Shown: in pieces, positions 1 through 20,125 of the stretch
Numbering within the stretch: position 1 is the first letter of the stretch
Layout of the letters: each line of letters starts with the position of its first letter
From: the human T2T-CHM13v2.0 reference genome, Homo sapiens
Assembly (NCBI RefSeq): GCF_009914755.1
Contig: NC_060936.1
DNA: 64,000 bases
Strand: one strand, 5' to 3'
Position numbers and translations under genes: made by a program
Notes under the pieces: generated by a model
What the model was told of the DNA's origin: nothing
The model's input: only the letters and a program-made list of their open reading frames with translations
Database searches by the model: none

Positions 1-611
1 CCAGCAATTTGGAACTCTTCTGGTTTTTAAATACTGGCTCAATATATATGCACATATTTTCATGCTCACAGGACTTTATGGAGGTATAATTTACATACAG
101 TAAAATGCGCAAATCTTAAGTGTATAACTTGATGAATTTTGACAGCTCAAATATTTTTAAAACACTGGAGGGTCCAAGAAAATATGTTGTCCATGGGGTG
201 CATCTGGCCGTGGACCCACCATCCATGGCCCCCAGTCTCGTGTGTCGTGTGACCCCCGTGAACGAGGTGGGACACACATGTGCAGGGAGCACACATGGCA
301 GTATCCCATGGGGAGGGGCAGGCTTTGGCAAGAGCCCAGTGATCATGCATCATCCCTTTACTCACACAGCGCAGAGAACAGGCTCTGGAGCCCGGGCTGG
401 AAATCCGAGCTCTGCCACTTGCTGTGTGACTTTGCACACGTTTCCCCACCTCTCTGAAGGCTCATTTTCCCCATCTGTGAAATGAGGAAGAGAAGGATAC
501 GGACCCCAGGGCTCTTGCACAGATTCACTGAACTGACATGATAAGCACTGAGAAAAAGTCCCGGGTGCTATTGCCTTTTTTTTTTTTTTTTTTTTTTTAA
601 ATTAATAGACC

Positions 612-932
<321 letters not shown>

Positions 933-3071
933 TAGACCCTATTTTTTAGAGCAGTTTTATTTGGGCTTAGAGAGAATTTGAGCAGAAAGTATAGGGAGTT
1001 ACCATAGACTCCCTCTTCCCCCACCCCAATTCCCCGATGACTAACATCTCACATTAGCGTGTGGTGCATTTGTTACCGTGATGAACCAGTGTCAAGACAC
1101 AATTATTCACTATAGTCCATACTTTACGTGAGGGGCCACTCTTTGTGTTGCAAAGTTCTAGGGGCTTTGACAAATGCATGATGTCATGTACCCACCATCA
1201 CAGTGTCACATAGGACGGTGTCACTGCCATCGGGAATATTTCTTAGTTCTCATGGCTGCTACAAAAAAAAAGGCCAAAGTGGCTGACAAAGAGCTCCTGG
1301 TGGGAGCCCACCCCCTTTCCCTTCCACTCAGGGAATCACAGCACATTCAGGTGACAGAAGGGACATTTTAGGGGTGAACCTGAGTTTGTTCTGAATTACC
1401 CAAAATGGAAGCCACTTGCCCACTTCAGGTGTGGGGGTGGGGGTGTCACACAGATTCCAGCCCCAAATTCCTTACCACACAACTGGCTCTGAGTCCAAAG
1501 ACAGCCCCCCGCCCCCCAATTCACACCCTGCCTTGGCCCCTCGTGTGTGTATATTGGAGCCGCCTTCTCAGCCTCTCTGGGCCTCTAAAACAAGAGGACC
1601 CAGGGCTGCCCCTGGGAGCGTTTGGAGGCTCAGATGCGCTAATTCCCGTGAAAGGTCTTTGTAAGCTATAAAAAGCTCTAGATTAAAATTGGAAGGTATT
1701 ATGATTATAATCAGTTAGGCAGAAAAACTGAACTGTTGGCAAAACGAGCCTGGCCTTCGGAGGCTGAGCCTTGGGAAGACATCCTCATCAGTTGCACACA
1801 GGGGGCTGGTGGCAATTGTCTGTGGTTTGTTCCTCTGGGAGGAGGTGGCCCAAAAGACACACAGCTGGAAACTGCTTCTGGCTGGAATGGCAAGGTCAGA
1901 GCCGGAGCACCCACTCTAGGTTGTTCCTGCGTGCATGACCTGCCAGCCACATGCCAAGCAGCGTGGGGCCATGCTTGTGGCATCAGCAGCTCCCAAAAAG
2001 AGAAAACTGGACATAGATGCTTCCCAGAGCCCATGAAAGTGGATCTGGATTCCCAGCTTCATGTACTGGCCACACCCCAGGCAGGGCAGGAAACATAACT
2101 TCTGCCCTGGTCTCATCTCCATATATGACCATACAAAGAATTGATACTGCAGCTTTCGGCTCATTATATGAGCGTATAGTGTATTTTTTTTAATACCCAA
2201 AAGCGAAATTTATTTGCAAGGCGCTAAAGAAAGCCTCCTGTCCCTTTTATGCCAGGAGCCCTCGGAAGAGAAGAGAAATTGTGGATTTACTGCTAAAAAA
2301 AGCCCTGGCTTATACAATTTTAACAATAGAAAAATGATCTTTGTGCTTCGGTGCATGGATGCTTCGAGGAAAACAGGCAGTCTGTTCAGGTAGCTGGTGA
2401 ATTACAAATGAGTGATTCCCCTTTGTTTTGAGTGACAAGCAATTTAAATGCAGTCTTACGTGGAGGCCTGGAAATTGTTTTTCCCCCAGAAGAGAGAGAA
2501 CGAGAGGAAAAGGAAAAGGGAAAAAAGCTTCCTTTTGGAACTGAGCGATTATATTAGTTGCCACCGAGCGGAGGTGAGAAGTTAGAACTTCATTTGATAA
2601 TTATAAAATCAGCAGTTTGTGATTGGACATAATTGATGATTACACTGTTGCTAATAGCAGGCCTGCCAGCCATTGCTTGTGGGACATTTCATTTTTGCAC
2701 TGCTTCCAAGCCGTGAAAGCCAGCCTGGCACGGAACACCACTCGCGGTATCTCCGGGAGCCTGACATAAATGCATTTGGGGGATTGTATTATGTTGGATC
2801 AAAAGTGTTCTTAATGCCGACATTTGAAAACACTTTGCTCTGTGCCTTATTTTTACCCTGGGAATAATTACAAATATTAGAATAAAATTGCATGGTGTTC
2901 CTCTTCCTGCAGACCCTCCCCTCAGCCAGAGCCTGGGTGGGTAGGTGGGCTTCCTAGGTCTTGCACTGGCCTCATTAAAATCCCAGCGGTGGTCCAGAGG
3001 GGTGCAGGGGATGTTCATGTGAGGACAAGACAATATCTGTCTGTCTCTCTGTCTCTCTATCTGTCTGTATG

Positions 3072-3399
<328 letters not shown>

Positions 3400-3947
3400 T
3401 TAGAATCTAGAATCAATGCACAACTGAGTTTGAAGGAGCCTTCGGCCCATAGCCCAGCACCTTCACTTTACAGATGGGGAAACTGAGGCTCTGAAAGGGA
3501 AAATGACTGCCCAAGGTGAATGGGGATGCAGGCCCCAGTTAAAACCAGAACCCAGGTCTCCTCACCCCCAGGCTAGTTTCTCCTCTTTCCTACCCTGCTA
3601 TTTGCTTCCTCAAGACAAGTGCTGGGACTTCTGGGGCACATCCTGGGCCTCTGTCCCCTCCCTACCAGGGAGCTTGCAAGAGGTCTCCACAGAGCAGTCA
3701 GGACCTCAGCTGAGTTTGAGCTACTAGGAGGGCATCATTCTCCACTGTTCTCTGGGAAGCCTCGGGGTTTTAGGTAAGTTTGGCAGCTTGGCAGGATTAG
3801 CTCAGGGAGGCTCTTAAGTTCCTTCCTTATATTATTCATGGTTTGTTCATTCAGTCAGTGTTGGTTTATTGCCCACTCTGTGCCCAGCCCCGCCTGGGCT
3901 CTGAGGGAGAAAAATGTTAATGTCATAGCAGGAGCCATTGAAGATCA

Positions 3948-4070
<123 letters not shown>

Positions 4071-4872
4071 CTAAATGAATGAATGAATGAATGATTATCC
4101 AGTTGTTAAAGCCCCAAGCTGTGGAGTCATCCGTGGCCCCTCTGTTGCTTTTATGCCTCCAACATCCACTCTGTGTTCCCAAGGAGCAAATCCTGTGGCT
4201 CGACCTTCACAATCCCAGAATCCTAGCACCACTGCCACCATCCTGCTCTGAGCCGCCTGGGTTGTTCTCCTGGAACTCGGCAGGAGCCACTTCCCTGGTC
4301 TCCCTGTTTCCACCCCAGACCCTCAGTCCCTTCTCCGCACAACAGCCAGATGGGTCCTGTTAAAACGCGTGTCAGATCACATGAATCTGCTCTCCTCTGC
4401 ACAAAACCCTCCCGTGGCTCCTCAGACCCCTTGGAGAAAAAGACTGGGCCCTCGCAGTGACCCCCAGGGCTCTTCCCCCCGACTCACCTCCCGACCCCCT
4501 TTCTTCTTCCCCTTCGTCTACCATCTCCCGCCACACCAGCCTCTCTGCTGGCATTCAAACAAGCCAGACAGCCCCTGCCCCAGGGCCTTTGCACCTGCCG
4601 TTCTCGCTGTCTGCAATACTCTTTCCCAAAGCTCCCCACGACGCCTTCCCCTCCTGTGGCCCCACATGCCCTGCCCAGGACTCCTGTCACCTCCCTACTC
4701 CATTCTCCTCCCCTGCACTTGACGACTGTCCCACATTCTCTTTCATGATTTATTTCATTGCTCGCCTCTGCCTCTAAACATGTCAGCTCCACAGAGGTAG
4801 GTGTTTGCGCCAGTCTTGCTTGGTGCTGAATGCCCAGTACCTAGAACAGCCCCATCCCTAGGAGATGCCTGA

Positions 4873-5289
<417 letters not shown>

Positions 5290-5664
5290 TAGCATTCCTG
5301 CAGCCCTGATGTCAGCAGATGCTGACGGATGCGTGGGTGCCCTGTGTTCAGAGGTAGGGATGCTCAGAATCCAGACCAAGCACAAACACCTCCTTTCACT
5401 AAAACACAAACACAAATCAGGGTGCCTGGTGCTTCTCCAGACATCCCTAAGGATCACTATGTATTTAGGCACTGGGGGAGGGCTGGCTTGATTCCCTGGG
5501 CATGCACATAGTAGGTGCTCAGTATGCACCATCTGCTGCTGTTGCAGAGTTGCTGTGCACCCCGTGCCCATCATCATTGCAGGTTGAGGCATAGAGGGCA
5601 GAATCTGGAAGCTGGACCTGCACATCTGAGGAGAGGGGGCCTCAGAGCTCAAGCTCTGAATCAC

Positions 5665-5965
5665 TGACTTACACATGAGGGTTCAAAATGAATTAATGAC
5701 TTCCACCTGTGAGTTCAGAATGAATTAGTGACTTACACCTGTGAATTCAAACTGAGTGACTTACACCTGAATGCTCAAAACGATTTAATGACTGACACTT
5801 GAGGGTCCAAAAATGAATTCGTGACTTATACCTGAAAGTTCAAAAGGAATTAATGACTTACACCTGAGGGTTCAAAATGAATTAGTGACTTACCCCTAAG
5901 GATTCAAAATGAATTAGTGACTTACACTTGGGAATTCAAAATGAATTAGTGATTTACATCTGAGA
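5665..5965. repeat. Degenerate minisatellite, about 32-bp unit, about 9 copies
   Basis: Consensus tgacttacacctgagggttcaaaatgaattag recurs head to tail. Confidence 0.9.
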
Positions 5966-5985
5966 AGGCAAAACAATGACAATGA

Positions 5986-6156
<171 letters not shown>

Positions 6157-8355
6157 TGAGATTACAGGTACTCTCCTAATATTTGTATTTTTAATAGAGA
6201 CGGGGTTTCACATGTTGGCCAGGCTGGTCTCGAACTCCTGACCACAGATGATCCCTCCGCCTCGGCCTCCCAAAGTGCTGGGATTACAGGCGTGAGCCAC
6301 CGCACCCAACCTTAATCAGTCTTTAGAACCAGCTAGTGCTGGCTCCTGAAACAGGCTAGGATGGGGCCTCTCTGGGACCCCTGGGTGACCCTCCAGAGGG
6401 CCAGAGAGGGTCTCCAATTTCTGCCCCATTTTAGCAGGAGACTGAGAACCCAGTTTGACAACAGTAGCTATCAAAAACAAAAGTCAAACTTATTTCTTAT
6501 TTAATCCCTGACATTAAAATGTAATTTTCATTTGCTCAGCGGCATCACTGATGGATGGCAGAGAGCACGTTAGCACTCGCCAGGGAACGGGGGCCCCAGC
6601 AGACACACCTGGAGGCAGGCAGGGTTGAGTCCTGCAGCTCCTCCTGGCCTCCCGTCCCCCACCTACCTGCCGGCCTGGCTCCTCCAGCTCTTTTGGTTAT
6701 TCCAGGTGCTTCCACCAGCCCCCAACCAAAGAATCGATTCTGAGTGGAGGCTGAGAAGCATGGGCTTTGCTGTCAGACTAAGCTGCCTCTGAGTCTCAGC
6801 TCCCAGCACCATGTGGCCATCACCCTCTGTGCCTCGACATCTTCATCTGTTAAATGGGATAGTCACACCCGCAGCGTGATGAGGGTTAAGCTAATGTGCA
6901 TCCAGTACATAGCACAGTGCCTGGCACAGAGTCAGTGCTCAGTAGTCACTGTTATCATCAATAATAATGCACAAATCAGCCAATCGAAGTAGCTGTTACC
7001 CCCATTTTCCGGGTGGTAGGAAATCAGAAGGGTGCTGTAAAGAAAAGGGATCTTTCACAGGGACTGTCAGAGTGAGTGGGAACCCTCAGGATAGTCTAGC
7101 CAGACCTCCCCACATGTGGGTCTCCCTGAGTACCTTTACAGCCTCACAGATACAGGGGCATGTACTTGGATGCCTCCCCTGGTGGGGAGCTCAGTACCTC
7201 CCACCCAGACCCCAAAGCACCCCTGAGTGGTCAACAGGAGCCCCTCCCCCTCTGGTACATCTGAGCAAGTCTCGGCCCTGCTTCATGGCTTCCAGGGGTT
7301 CTCATCGCTCCTCTCCACGGCCCATCGGCCCCTACCCACCGCACCAAACCTATCTCCCACCACAGCCCCCCTAGCTCTCCATGGCCCTCCTTTCTTCTCT
7401 GAGCCCCCCTCGTACTCTTGCCTCTCTTTGCCTTCTGTGTGGCCCCCTGATCTGCATGCCCTAAAGGAACAACCAGCCTTCAGAGGCCATCAAGGGACAC
7501 CCCTTCCCCTCTGAACCCAGCTCATTCCTTCATTCCCCGATCTCTGGGTTGCCTTTCCATTGCCCGAGTTCATTCTGAGACCCTCCAAGCACCTGCCTCC
7601 TCTCGCTTGTCCACCAGTCTTCAGCTTCTTCTGGAATTCCTGCCACATCAGACGTCCACCCCCCATCATCTCTCAGAATCACCCTACCCTCTCCAGAGCC
7701 CAGGACCCAGTGGTAGAGGGAGGCTGCTCTCAAAGTATGTTCCACGGAACCCAGGGAAGGAGTTGTGCAGTCTCGATGGCAGGTCCCCCTTTTCATGCCC
7801 ACAGCACTTGGAGAAGCACAGTTTGCAGCTGCAAGTCTGGGCCCTGGAGTGAGAGGCACCTGGGCACCGATACCACCTCTGCCACTAACTAGTGCTCTCA
7901 TCTTAGCCAAGTGACTTAACATCCCTGCCCCTTAGTTTCTTTCTTCCTCTGTAGAACAGGGCCGGTCACAATGCTCACATCCTAAAGGTGTGCTTGGGGG
8001 AAGGCGGGGATTTCAAAGAAGATGCCTGGAGCACATAGTAAGGCTTAGAACTTGGCACAGAGTGGTTCTCAGTGGCTCCCAGATGTCCCTGCGACCTCAG
8101 ACAGCTTGGTGGAGCTCAGCCTAGGGGAGGGGGCCCAAATTTTCTGTTTTTAACCACCTGGCTGAAAAGAGCTATGTGGCTAGAACAGGCTTGACTCGCC
8201 CCTGGCAGAAGCAGTTCTACACCTGCTGCGTTCATCCTCGGGGGACTAAACACATTGTCACCCCTCGTATCACAGTGGGCTGCGTAAATGCCATGTGCTT
8301 CCACAGATGCTGAGCTATTCCTGACAGTGACCTTCTTGAGGGTGTCTGTGGATGG

Positions 8356-9467
8356 TCTCCACCTCCTCCCTCTTCCCTCCTCCTCCCTCTCCTTCCTCCC
8401 CCTCCCACTTCTTCCTCCCCTTCCCTTTTCCCCCTCCTCCTCCCTTTTCCTCTTCCTCCTCCTCCTCCCTCTTCCTCCCACTTCTTCCTCCTCCTCCCTC
8501 TTCCTCCCCTTCCTCCTCTTCCTCCTCCGCTTCCTCCTCCTCCTCCCACTTCTTCCTCCCCCTCCCACTTCTTCCTCCCCCTCCCACTTCTTCCTCCCCC
8601 TCCCACTTCTTCCTCCCCCTCCCACTTCTTCCTCCCCCTCCCACTTCTTCCTCCCCCTCCCACTTCTTCCTCCCCCTCCCACTTCTTCCTCCCCCTCCCA
8701 CTTCTTCCTCCCCCTCCCACTTCTTCCTCCCCCTCCCACTTCTTCCTCCCCCTCCCACTTCTTCCTCCCCCTCCCACTTCTTCCTCCCCCTCCCACTTCT
8801 TCCTCCCCCTCCCACTTCTTCCTCCCCCTCCCACTTCTTCCTCCCCCTCCCACTTCTTCCTCCCCCTCCCACTTCTTCCTCCCCCTCCCACTTCTTCCTC
8901 CCCCTCCCACTTCTTCCTCCCCCTCCCACTTCTTCCTCCCCCTCCCACTTCTTCCTCCCCCTCCCACTTCTTCCTCCCCCTCCCACTTCTTCCTCCCCCT
9001 CCCACTTCTTCCTCCCCCTCCCACTTCTTCCTCCCCCTCCCACTTCTTCCTCCCCCTCCCACTTCTTCCTCCTCCTCCCACTTCTTCCTCCCCCTCCCAC
9101 TTCTTCCTCCCCCTCCCACCTCTTCCTCCCCCTCCCACTTCTTCCTCCCCCTCCCTCTTCTTCCTCCTCCCTCCTTCTCCTCCTCTTTCCTCTTCCTCCT
9201 CCTCCCCTTCACTCTTCCTCCTCCTCCTCTTTCCTCTCCCTCCTCCTTCTCCTCCTCACTCTTCCTCCTCCCTGCTCTTCCTCCTCCCTCTTCCTCCTCC
9301 TTCCTCCTCCTCCCTCTTCCCCCCTCTTCCTCCCTCCTCCTTCCCCTTCCTCCTCATTCTCCATCTTCCTCCTCTTCCTCTTCCTCCTCTTTCTTCTCCT
9401 CTTCCTCCCTCTTTCTCCCCTTCCTCCATCCTCCTCCTCCTCTTCCTGTCTTTTTCTCCTCCTTTCC
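8356..9467. repeat. Polypyrimidine tract with a core 19-bp minisatellite (ccacttcttcctccccctc, about 32 copies at 8545-9150)
   Basis: Directly visible near-perfect tandem array with degenerate C/T flanks. Confidence 0.97.
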
Positions 9468-9886
9468 ACATGGCCTTCAAGGGTGTTCCTGTCATAGGGC
9501 AAATCTGTCATTCTGGGCACTTTGCTGCTGCCCTTCTGTGTGGTTGGGCAGAGCCATGAGACAGAAACACACAGCCTTTTATTGAACATGGCCTTTTATG
9601 CCAAGCTCACTTGTTCTCAGCATGTGGGTGAAATGCATTGAGTTTCAGCCCTTGGAAAAGATATCCTATGTGATTAGAAGAAGAATTTTCTGATTTATTT
9701 GAAAGCTTTCATCAGCTTCCATGGGACTCTTTGCTGCATGTTAGCTCATCCTGCCCCAACAGCTTTGTAGGCAGGTAGAGGTTATTCTTCCCACTTGATG
9801 CACGGACAAACTGGGGCCAAGAGATGCTCATAGTGACATTAGGCCCAGTACCAGGTCAGGCTCTGATGCCATCAGGAATTTAAGGA

Positions 9887-10851
<965 letters not shown>

Positions 10852-10913
10852 TCAGGATAATTTCTTATCTCTGTTTTTAAAAATATTATCCAGCTGTTAG
10901 ATGAACCCCTAAA

Positions 10914-11140
10914 GCAAGGATCAGCTAACTTTTTTCTGTAAGGGGCCAGATAGAAAATATTTTTAGTCTCGCGGGCCACAAAGTCTCTTTCACAACTACA
11001 CAACTCTGTCCTTGTAACATAAAAGCAGCCATAGACACGTAAAACAGTGACCATGCCTTTGTTCCAATAAAACTTTATTTACACAAACAGATGAAGGGCC
11101 AGATTCACACCAAGGACCAAAGATTGCCAACCATTGATCC
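10914..11140. mobile_element. MER58A-like hAT DNA transposon fossil
   Basis: ttttttctgtaagggccagata...gttccaataaaactttattta motifs; a second copy starts near 52235. Confidence 0.75.
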
Positions 11141-11149
11141 ATGAGATCA

Positions 11150-12272
<1,123 letters not shown>

Positions 12273-13268
12273 CTCCAGTGGGGAAAACTTAAGACCAAAA
12301 CTGTCATCCTCCTTATAATGTTAGATTTAGTCTTCCCCACTGGAAGAGATAAATCATGGACCATTATACACTGATAAGTGCCATGAAGGGAAAGTAGGGG
12401 GTGCTCTAGGCAGGGACAGGGAAACATTAAAGGAATCTTCCAGCACTTGTCCCCACCCTTGCTCAGTCTCTCATTGGAGGCCAGTGCCTTTCCTCAGACC
12501 CCAGCCACCACATGCACTCAGCTCAGGCAACCGTAAAATGGAACATTGAGTCATTCTTCTGGCTGGTCTTTGATAATTCTCCTTCTAAGACCCATGAGAT
12601 GAATTGCTTTTGTTTCTCATTGTTTTCTTGGGTGCCAAGTCACCAGCACCGCAGCCTCTCGCCCAGGGCAGCTGTAGTTGGCTTGTAAGGCAGCGGCATC
12701 CTCATGGGCTCTGAACACCCGGCCCCACTGGCTGGGGTAATTTTTCTATCCAGGACAAAAGGAAGGCAGCATTTGAATTCAGAGTGGCAATTTGAATCCC
12801 CAGACCTGGTGTGAATCTTGGCCCTGCCATTTGCTAACCGGGTGACCTTGGGCAAGTGGCTTGACGTCCTTGAGCCTCCGTTTTCTAATCTGTATGATGG
12901 GGCAGGTGGCAGCAGCCATTCGGTGATTGATGTGTCCGTGGAGACAGACTCTCATGAATAGTAAAAGCTTCTGGCACACAGTAAACGGTCGATGCCATTT
13001 GTTTTTATTAGCCCATCAGGGATGCCCCCCGCCCCCGCCCCAAGATTCTGAATGAATTGCCCCCTCCTCAGGGCTCACAGGAGCCACCAGTGTTTGCACC
13101 TCCTCCTGTGCATTTGTTTTGTTTGTAAAGATAGGGTCTCATTCTATTGCCCAGGCTGGTGTGCAGTGGTTACGCTTCCTACTGGCCATAGCTGTGTCTC
13201 CCACTCAATTGCATGTCCCCAGAAACTCACTCTTGTCCATCTAAGCAAGGACAAAAATCTACCCACAG

Positions 13269-15311
<2,043 letters not shown>

Positions 15312-15387
15312 ACCTGCAGATGTTTTCTTGTGGAAAAAAAAAATGATGAAATTTGCTTGCAGACACAGATGCCATGGTTACACGTGA

Positions 15388-15519
<132 letters not shown>

Positions 15520-15899
15520 TAGTTAACGACAATAAATAGCCATTAGGACTGTGACACAGGGACTTTGAGGTGGGATGTGGGGACATGCCTGGGCTCCTGG
15601 GTGAGGCCAGGCACTCTGTATAGGGCAGGGGGAGCTGTGGCCAGTCTGGTGTGACATGTCCCCCCAGGGCTCCCCCCATCTTCCTTCATCATGTTGTCAC
15701 ATCAGCCAGGAGCCTGCTTTAGGGGGACTCCTGATGAGATATCCCACCTGGACCTACTTGGGGAGCTGAAATCTTACCCACTAGAGCCCCCATCCCATTA
15801 GCACAGAAGACTGAGGGCACCCAGTGCTCTCTGCCTGCAGGTGGCAATAGAGGCAAGACCTCCAGTACCTCCCCCAGAATGGCACAGCCAACCCCAAAA

Positions 15900-17294
<1,395 letters not shown>

Positions 17295-17669
17295 AAACTT
17301 TCCCTTGTTTTAAATGGCCCATCCCCTGCTACCTTCTCATTTACTGACCCAGAAACAGGAGCCCAAAGAGTTGAAATGATCTGCTTACCAATGGCAGAGC
17401 CCGGAGGAGGCCTTGCTGTGCTAACTCTCCCCACCCAGACCTCTCCCAGTCCTTTCCCCCATCCTTCCACACAGTGGCAGGAATCAGCACTACGGGAGGT
17501 GTTTGAGGCTGGGGGCCTGTGAAGAGGAAAATGACATCCCACCCTCAGCTGTCCGACTGCAAAACCCAAACCACAGAGAACACAGAGTCATTTAGATTAG
17601 ATGTCAAGGTCATTTCTGGGATCTTTGTATTTGGGGTGGGAAAGTCCACTGTTCCTCTGTCTGGGGCAA

Positions 17670-18420
17670 CTGTAGTGGGTTGGATAGTGTGGCCTCCAAA
17701 ATTTATGTCTACGTAGAACTTCAAAATATGACCTTATTTGAAAATAAGTCTTTGCAGATGTAATTAGCTAAGGATCTCAAGATGAGATCATCCTGGCTTT
17801 AGGGTGAGCCCTAAATCCAATGACTGGTGTTGTAAGAAGTATGGGGCCAGGCACAGTGGCTCAAAGCCTGTAATCCCAGCACTTTGGGAGACAGAGGCAG
17901 GAGGATCACTTGAGGTCAGAAGTTCAAGACAACCCTGGTCAACATGGGGAAACCCCATGTCTACTAAAAATACAAAAATTAGCCAGGTGTGGTAGCCTGT
18001 ATTCCCAGCTACTCAAGAGGCTGAGGCAGGAGAATCGCTTGAACCCAGGAGGCGGAGGTTGCAATGAGCCGAGATCACAACACTGCACTCCAGCCTGGGT
18101 GACAGAGCAAGACCCTGTCTCAACAAAAAAAAAAAAAAAAGAGACGAGGGTACAGAGATAGCCACTGAGGAAAGCTGTGTAAAAACAGAGGCACGGTGGA
18201 AATGATGTAGCTACAAGGCAAGGAGCACCAAAGATTGCCAGCAACCATGAGAAACTGGGAGAGACAAGAAGGATCCTTCCCTAGAGTCTTCAGAAGGAGT
18301 ACAGCCCTGCCAGTGTCTTGATGTTGGACTTATGGTCCCCAGAACTACAAGACAATAAGTGTCTGTTGTTTTCAGCCCCCAGTTGGTGGTGCTTTTCTAC
18401 TGCAGCGCTGGGACACTAAT
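17670..18420 (+). mobile_element. MLT1C-like MaLR LTR interrupted by an Alu (17845-18142)
   Basis: tgtagtgggttg...gaccttatttgaaaataagtctttgcagatgtaatt...ccctagagtcttcagaaggag. Confidence 0.75.
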
Positions 18421-18682
18421 CCAGCAATGCTGACAAAGCTTGCCCTCCGACAGCGTGTGGCCTGGATGAAGAGGGAGGTCTTCTGGCCTGTTGCTACTCA
18501 AAGTGTGGTCTGTGGACCAGAAACATCAGCCTCACCTGCAAGCTGGTTAGAAATGCAGAGGCTCAGCCGCAGGTGGCGGCTCATGCCTGTAATGCCAGCA
18601 CTTTGGGAGGCCCAGGTGGGAGGATCACTTGAAGCCAGGAGTTTGAGACCAGCCTAGGCAACATGGAGAAACCCTGTCTCTA

Positions 18683-18899
<217 letters not shown>

Positions 18900-19209
18900 C
18901 TACAGAGTCTCAGGCCCCATCCCCGGCCCACAGAATCAGCTTCTGCATTTTATCAAGCTCCCCTGTGATCTTGGAGCATGGGAAAGTTTGAGCGCACAGG
19001 CCTGATATAGAAGTTGCCTTTGTTCTGTGCTCTGCGTTTCACACGCCCCATGGGAGCAGGTCCAAGCAACTCGCTTCTCTGTGGCACAGAGAGGTTGAGC
19101 CCGATGCCCAAGGTCTCACAGGCAGGGAGAGATGTGACTCGGGTCTCATCATGTATAACAAATATTTCCAGACTCTGCTCCGTGTGACAAGCTGGCTGCA
19201 CGTGGAAGG

Positions 19210-20125
19210 CTGAGTTAGTTTCCTACGGCTGTTGTAATAAATTACCATGGATGCCTTAAAACAACAGAGATTCATTCCGTCCCTGTTCTGAAGGCCACAG
19301 GCCCAAGATCAAGGTGTCAACAGGGCTATACTTTCTCTGAAGGCTCAGGGGAGGATCCTTCCTGGCTTCTTCCAGCTTCTGGTGGCTCCAGGTGTCCCTT
19401 GGCTTATGGCTATATCACTCCAATGTCTCCTCTGTATCTTTGTCTCAATCTCCCTCTCCTTTCTCTCTCTCTCTCCTTTTAAAAAATATATATGAGGTCT
19501 TGCTTAACAAAGCCCAGGCTGGAGTGCAGTAGTGTGATCATAGCTCACTGCAACCTCAGACTTCTGGGCTCAAACAATCTTCCTGCCTCAGCCTCCCAAG
19601 CCCAGCTAATTTTTTAAATTTATTTTTTGTAGTCCCAAAGTCTCACTATGTTACCCAGACTGGTCTCAAACTCCTGGCCTCAAGTGATCCTCCCACCTCT
19701 GCCTCCTGAATAGCTGGGATTACAGGTGTAAGCCACTGTACCCAACCTCCTTTCTCTTATAATGACACTTGTCATTAGATTTTGGGGCCACCTGGATAAT
19801 CCAGGTTGATTTCATCTCAAGATCCTTAATTATATCGGCAAAGACACTTTGGTTTTTGTTTGTTTTTTGTTTTTTGTTTTTTGTTTTTTTTAAGAGACAG
19901 GGTCTTGCTCTGTTTCCCAGGTTGAAGTACAGTGGTGCAATCTTGGCTCACTGCAGCCTTGACCTCCTGAGCTCAAGTGATCCTCCCACCTCAGCCTCCC
20001 GAATGGCTGGGTCTGCAGGTGCAGCCACCATGCCCAGCTCAAAGACACTTTGAATAAAGTCACATTCACAGGTTCCAGGCGTTAGGACACAGAGGTATCC
20101 TTTTGGGGCGGACGTTCAGCCAGTA
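19210..20125 (-). mobile_element. MLT1C-like LTR, reverse orientation, with Alu insertions
   Basis: gccttaaaacaacagagattcattc...agatcaaggtgtcaacaggg...catctcaagatccttaa. Confidence 0.72.

Noticed and set aside
5665-5965. CRISPR-like array
   Set aside because: Head-to-tail degenerate units without unique spacers, in a primate intron with no cas genes.
8116-9589. Long overlapping ORFs (261-423 aa) on both strands
   Set aside because: Artefact of a stop-free 19-bp C/T repeat; low-complexity translation in every frame.
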